A stretch of 63,839 nt of DNA, counting the filler, from Actinomycetota bacterium (GTDB lineage: Bacteria; Actinomycetota; Acidimicrobiia; IMCC26256; VFJJ01), in the NCBI GenBank assembly GCA_009886115.1. It is 4 parts of 4 records of this genome, joined end to end, with 100 filler letters (N's around TTAATTAATTAA, not from the genome) between each part and the next. Parts side by side here need not be neighbours in the genome. Positions count along the whole stretch, not along the records: positions 39,613 to 59,630 come from VFJJ01000134.1; positions 59,731 to 63,839 come from VFJJ01000092.1; 2 more parts are not named here. One strand, 5' to 3'. The notes under the pieces are model-generated. The model was not told where the DNA came from and ran no database searches. It saw only the letters and a list, made by a program, of their open reading frames with translations. Below, piece after piece: positions 58,279 to 63,839 of this stretch. Position 1 is the first letter of the stretch. Each line of letters starts with the position of its first letter. Made by a program: the position numbers and the translations under genes.

Positions 58279-59630
58279 TCACAGGTATAGGCCGAAGCCT
58301 CGGTCGTGTTCCCGGTGGAGGGTGCGGGTGAGTTGCTCGATGGCGCGTCGGGTGTCGGCCGCGCTGGTGGCTTGGGCGGTGTAGGGGAAACCGGTCGCTC
58401 GTTCGAGGGCCGTCGGCAGCTCGGGAGCCCCGTAGGCGCCGTGGTGGCGGTCGAGGCGGGCGGCGGCCTGGTCCCACAAGTCGGCTGCTTCTCGGTCGGT
58501 GGGGCGGGCGCCGAGTTGATTGGTCATGGTTCGTGTCGGATGGTGTCGCACGTCGTCGAGCCGTGCCGTGAAGTCTCGGTGGATGTCGTCTCGGACGGTG
58601 CTGCGTTCGGTGTCCCAGGCCCGGCGTCGCGGGGCCTGCCGTTGATGCTCTCGCTGTCGTGTCCGTAGGCTGTCGAGCTCTTCGGCGAGCTGGGTTGCCT
58701 CGCGTTGTTGCTTGTCGAGGTAGCGGGGCAGCCAGCCGAGGATGGTGCGGGCCTCGTTGATCTCGCCGGCGTGGCCGTGACGGTGCAGGACCCGGTCGTG
58801 CCGGTCGAGGGTCGTCTGGGCTGCGGTACAGCGGGCCGAGTCGGTGGTGATCTCTCGGGTGAGCTGCTGGTGGCGTCGTAGGCCGTCGTCGATTTGCCGG
58901 GCGAGGTTGTTGAGCGTGCAGTCGTGACCGTCGATCCGGCTGGTGAGCAGGTGGTCGCGTTCGAGCAGATCTCGGATCTCCATACCCGACAAGGGGATCG
59001 CCTTCCACTCGGGGAGGAGGGTGAGGTTGGCGAGTTGGGCGGCGCGGATGGTGGCGGGCGTGTCGATCCACCGTTGGGTGAGCGCCGAGGTGAGGATGTC
59101 GATGGCCTGATCTGGTTGTTCAGCGATGACGTAGACGTCGTTCCTGTGACGGCCTCGGGTCATGGGGACATAGATCCCGGCAGCATCGACCGGCCCGTCG
59201 ACGATGAGGATCGACCTGTCGACCGTACGGCCTTGGCTGGCATGCGCCGTCTGCGCGTAGCCAAGCTCGACACGCTGGGACACGTAGTCGGCGGGGAGGG
59301 CGATCGTTCCGGCCCGACCCGTCACGGTCAGGCGGCCGTCGGGGTGGGTGTGGGTGATGGTCCAGGTGTCGCGGTTCTTGACCATCAGGCTGCGGTCGGT
59401 GAGGAGTTGCCGGTCGTTGTGACGGGTCACGATGAGGTCCCCGACATGCACCTGATACGCCCCGGCAGTGACGGTCCGGGTCGGGTCGAGCTGGTCGTGG
59501 GCGATCCGCCAGGCCTGAACAAGCTCGTTCAACCGGATCACGGTCTCGTTCGTCGCGGCCACAAGCGCCACCGTCTCGCCGGCCATGTGGGCCTGCACCC
59601 ACGCCCGCAGTGCCGAGCGTTCGACGCTGA
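58279..59630 (-). CDS. MobF/TrwC-type relaxase-helicase C-terminal part (cut by gap)
   Basis: VGDLIVTRHNDR, LPADYV..VELGYAQTAHASQGRTVD, YVPMTRGR. Confidence 0.85.
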
Positions 59631-59730
59631 NNNNNNNNNNNNNNNNNNNNNNNNNNNNNNNNNNNNNNNNNNNNTTAATTAATTAANNNNNNNNNNNNNN
59701 NNNNNNNNNNNNNNNNNNNNNNNNNNNNNN
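59631..59730. other. Assembly linker
   Basis: N-run with TTAATTAATTAA. Confidence 0.99.
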
Positions 59731-59812
59731 GGCCCGGCCGTATACTCGCCGCGGGGCTTGGCCTGATCAGTTGACATTCAGGGCTCGCTGTTGCCGACCA
59801 GACGGAGGCTCG

Positions 59813-60379
59813 ATGGACATCCAGATCCGCGGCAAGAACGTCCATGTGTCGGAGGCCCTCAAGGACACGACCCGGGAGAAGCTGGCCAAGCTCGATCGCT
59901 TCGCCAACGGGTGGGGTCGCATCGAGGTCGACTTCTACGAGGTTCGCAACCGTCGGGTCCACGACAACCAGGTGTGCGAGGTTCTCGTGCATCTCAAGGG
60001 CAGCCTCGTCAAGGCCCACGCATCCTCGACCGATCTCACCGCCTCGCTCGATCTCGTCATCGACAAGGTCGAGCACCAGGTCAAGAAGCTCAAGGAGAAG
60101 CGGGTCGACCGTCACCATCCCCGCAAGAGCCGTCTCCATCCCGAGCTCCCGCCCGAGGCGTTCATGCCCGAGCCCGAGTCCGAGGAGGGGCTGCGAGCAC
60201 CCCGCATCGTCAAGAACAAGCGGGTCGACCTGAAGCCCATGACCCCCGAGGAGGCCTCGCTCCAGATGGATCTCCTGGGTCACGACTTCTTCATGTTCGT
60301 GAACGCCGAGAACCAGCACGCCTCGGTGCTCTACCGCCGCAACGACGGCGACTTCGGCCTCATCGAGGCCGCCCGCTAG
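59813..60379 (+). CDS. hpf: Ribosome hibernation promoting factor (long HPF/RaiA)
   Basis: MDIQIRGKN..EKLAKL, KPMTPEEASLQMDLLGHDFFMF, VLYRRNDG. Confidence 0.96.
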   Translation: MDIQIRGKNVHVSEALKDTTREKLAKLDRFANGWGRIEVDFYEVRNRRVHDNQVCEVLVHLKGSLVKAHASSTDLTASLDLVIDKVEHQVKKLKEKRVDRHHPRKSRLHPELPPEAFMPEPESEEGLRAPRIVKNKRVDLKPMTPEEASLQMDLLGHDFFMFVNAENQHASVLYRRNDGDFGLIEAAR

Positions 60380-60385
60380 GTATCG

Positions 60386-62014
60386 CTAGGTGCCGTCCTC
60401 GATGGGTGCCCATCTGGCGACGACGATGTCATCCTCGTCGAGCACGACCCGCCAGCCCGGTTGGGCGAGGACGGCGTCGAGGAGCGCGCCGTCAGCAACC
60501 TGGTCCTCGAATTGGAGACGGTCGACCGCGATCCAGCGCACCACCGCCGGATCGTGCTGGTTCTCGCCGCTCACGCCCCAGTACCGCTCCTGGAACGGGT
60601 TGGGGAAGAAGTAGATCCGCTCCCGGTGCGTGAGGTGGGGGAGAAAGCGCGACGTGGCCATCACGGCCACGTCGTCGGGCACCAGCGCCAGGGCCCTCTC
60701 GTACAGCGGGCGGCGGGGATCGTCGTCGGCCGGCCAGTAACCCTGCGAGTAGCGCTCGCCCAGCTCCGTGTAGCCCTTCGCCCGTGTGGCGCCGATCGCG
60801 CTCACCACGACGACGGCGCACAGCAGCGCCAAGGCCGGCCGTCCCCACGACCGGCGCCGACGGGCGACGATCGCCACGAGCAGCGCCGTGCCCTCGATCG
60901 AGGCGATGGTGGTGGCCGTGATCGGCAGCGCCACGTAGTGGTACTTGAGGTCGTACACGAACGACTGCGACGCCAAGAGGTTCACGAGCGTCTGGGGAGC
61001 GCCGAGCAGCAGCAGGGCCGGTGCGGCCAACCCCGTGTACCCGAACGGCCCGACGATACCCCGTACGTAGTCGAGACCCTGGGCCTCGTCGAGCTTGTCG
61101 ACCACGAGCTCGGGATCGGTGATGACGGTCTTGGCGATCTCCGTCGGTGAGTCGCCGAGTTCGCCGAAGAACTCGTCATAGAACGGGCCCACGTCGTTGA
61201 ACGCCGGGATGACGACTCGCGTCGCCACCACGAACCAGACGGCCGCCGTCACGGCCAGGACGAGGCCGTTGCGCCGCTCGCGCCGTTCGGATGCGGGCGG
61301 GGCGGCCGATGCCGGGGGCAGGCCGACCGCCACGGCGCGACGGAGCCGCCACTGAGCGTGCGCCGCCCAGAGCAGCCCGAGCATGACCACGAACAGGGCG
61401 ACGTCCTCCTTCCAGGCCATGGCGTAGACGAGGAACCCCGTCGCCCATCCCCAACGCCGGGTGCGGAGCGCGTACCACGCGCACAGCAGCGGCGTGATCG
61501 CCAGCGCATCGGGGTGGAAGAGCTCCCATGCCATCGACTGCACCGACGGATGGGCCAGGAACGCCAACGAGAAGCACAGCGCCGGCCAACCGCTGTCGAA
61601 GCGACGACGGGCCAACAGGAACACGGGAACCGCGCCGAGGCCGAGCGACACGACGTGGAAGATGTTGAGGAACCCGGGCCCGGCGCCCAGGCGGGAGAAC
61701 GGTGCCAGCAGGATCAGGTTCAGGTTGACGTGATGGCCCAGGACAGGAAGGCCACGGACCGTGTCGAAGTCCTGAAAGCGTCCGAGGAGCCACACCGCCT
61801 GGTCGTAGATGCCCATGTCGAACGCGAACGATCCGAAGCGGTCGTGGCGTCGATACACCAGCTGCGAGAAGGTGACCGTCCACCACACCACGAGAACGAT
61901 CAGCGCCATCCAGGCGCGATCGTTGCCGGCGAAGGCCACGGCGCGGCGACGGATCGCGCCACGAACGCGAGCGCCCCGCGTCACCTTGGTTCCGAAGATC
62001 AGCGGTCGCGCCAT
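60386..62014 (-). CDS. DUF2079-like membrane protein (GT-C-like)
   Basis: FDMGIYDQAVW, LGHHVN, FHPDAL, WKED, YHY; many TM helices. Confidence 0.8.
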   Translation of the reverse strand: MARPLIFGTKVTRGARVRGAIRRRAVAFAGNDRAWMALIVLVVWWTVTFSQLVYRRHDRFGSFAFDMGIYDQAVWLLGRFQDFDTVRGLPVLGHHVNLNLILLAPFSRLGAGPGFLNIFHVVSLGLGAVPVFLLARRRFDSGWPALCFSLAFLAHPSVQSMAWELFHPDALAITPLLCAWYALRTRRWGWATGFLVYAMAWKEDVALFVVMLGLLWAAHAQWRLRRAVAVGLPPASAAPPASERRERRNGLVLAVTAAVWFVVATRVVIPAFNDVGPFYDEFFGELGDSPTEIAKTVITDPELVVDKLDEAQGLDYVRGIVGPFGYTGLAAPALLLLGAPQTLVNLLASQSFVYDLKYHYVALPITATTIASIEGTALLVAIVARRRRSWGRPALALLCAVVVVSAIGATRAKGYTELGERYSQGYWPADDDPRRPLYERALALVPDDVAVMATSRFLPHLTHRERIYFFPNPFQERYWGVSGENQHDPAVVRWIAVDRLQFEDQVADGALLDAVLAQPGWRVVLDEDDIVVARWAPIEDGT

Positions 62015-62143
62015 TCGAGCGACGATGCTAAGGGCCCGGGTGCGCAGGCTTCGCGCTTTCGCCTCGGGCGTGCTCGAACGCGCGGAAATTGGCCCGGGCC
62101 GAGCGCGAACGAGCCCGGGAGGAGCCATCGGTAGACTGGCCTC

Positions 62144-63839
<1,696 letters not shown>

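Noticed and set aside
59731..59812. raiA RNA motif upstream of hpf
   Set aside because: Only about 80 nt are available before the gap and no diagnostic structure can be seen.

Overview
High-GC actinobacterial DNA (gene content and order suggest Acidimicrobiia; this is inference). It is four contigs joined by artificial N/TTAATTAATTAA/N linkers (20051-20150, 39513-39612, 59631-59730), so adjacency across gaps means nothing. Contig 1 (1-20050): core genes (metG end, tatD, RpfB/YabE-like, rsmA, ispE, bS22, tRNA-Gln, glmU, prs, rplY, pth, mfd, M20 peptidase, mazG), then a Ser/Thr kinase divergent from an uncharacterised flavoprotein, membrane protein and truncated third gene. Contig 2 (20151-39512): catabolic cluster of unknown substrate (acyl-CoA dehydrogenases, SDRs, amidohydrolases, molybdoenzyme large subunit, Rieske oxygenase and reductase, F420-type LLM, TauD, TetR) whose upstream regions share a tandem GAGAA-N5-TTCTC operator. 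Contig 3 (39613-59630): accessory region with TetR/MFS, a 2.8-kb mini-island in tRNA-Gly carrying an AbiE-like pair, and an intact tyrosine integrase amid small TA-like modules and co-oriented att-like scars of several different tRNAs. It also holds an ECF sigma with an (AC)9 tract ahead of a MacAB-like exporter, a secreted protein and lipoprotein, an IS256 remnant and a relaxase/helicase end. Contig 4 (59731-63839): hpf/raiA, a DUF2079-like membrane protein and partial secA. Family names come from motif recognition only; no searches were run.
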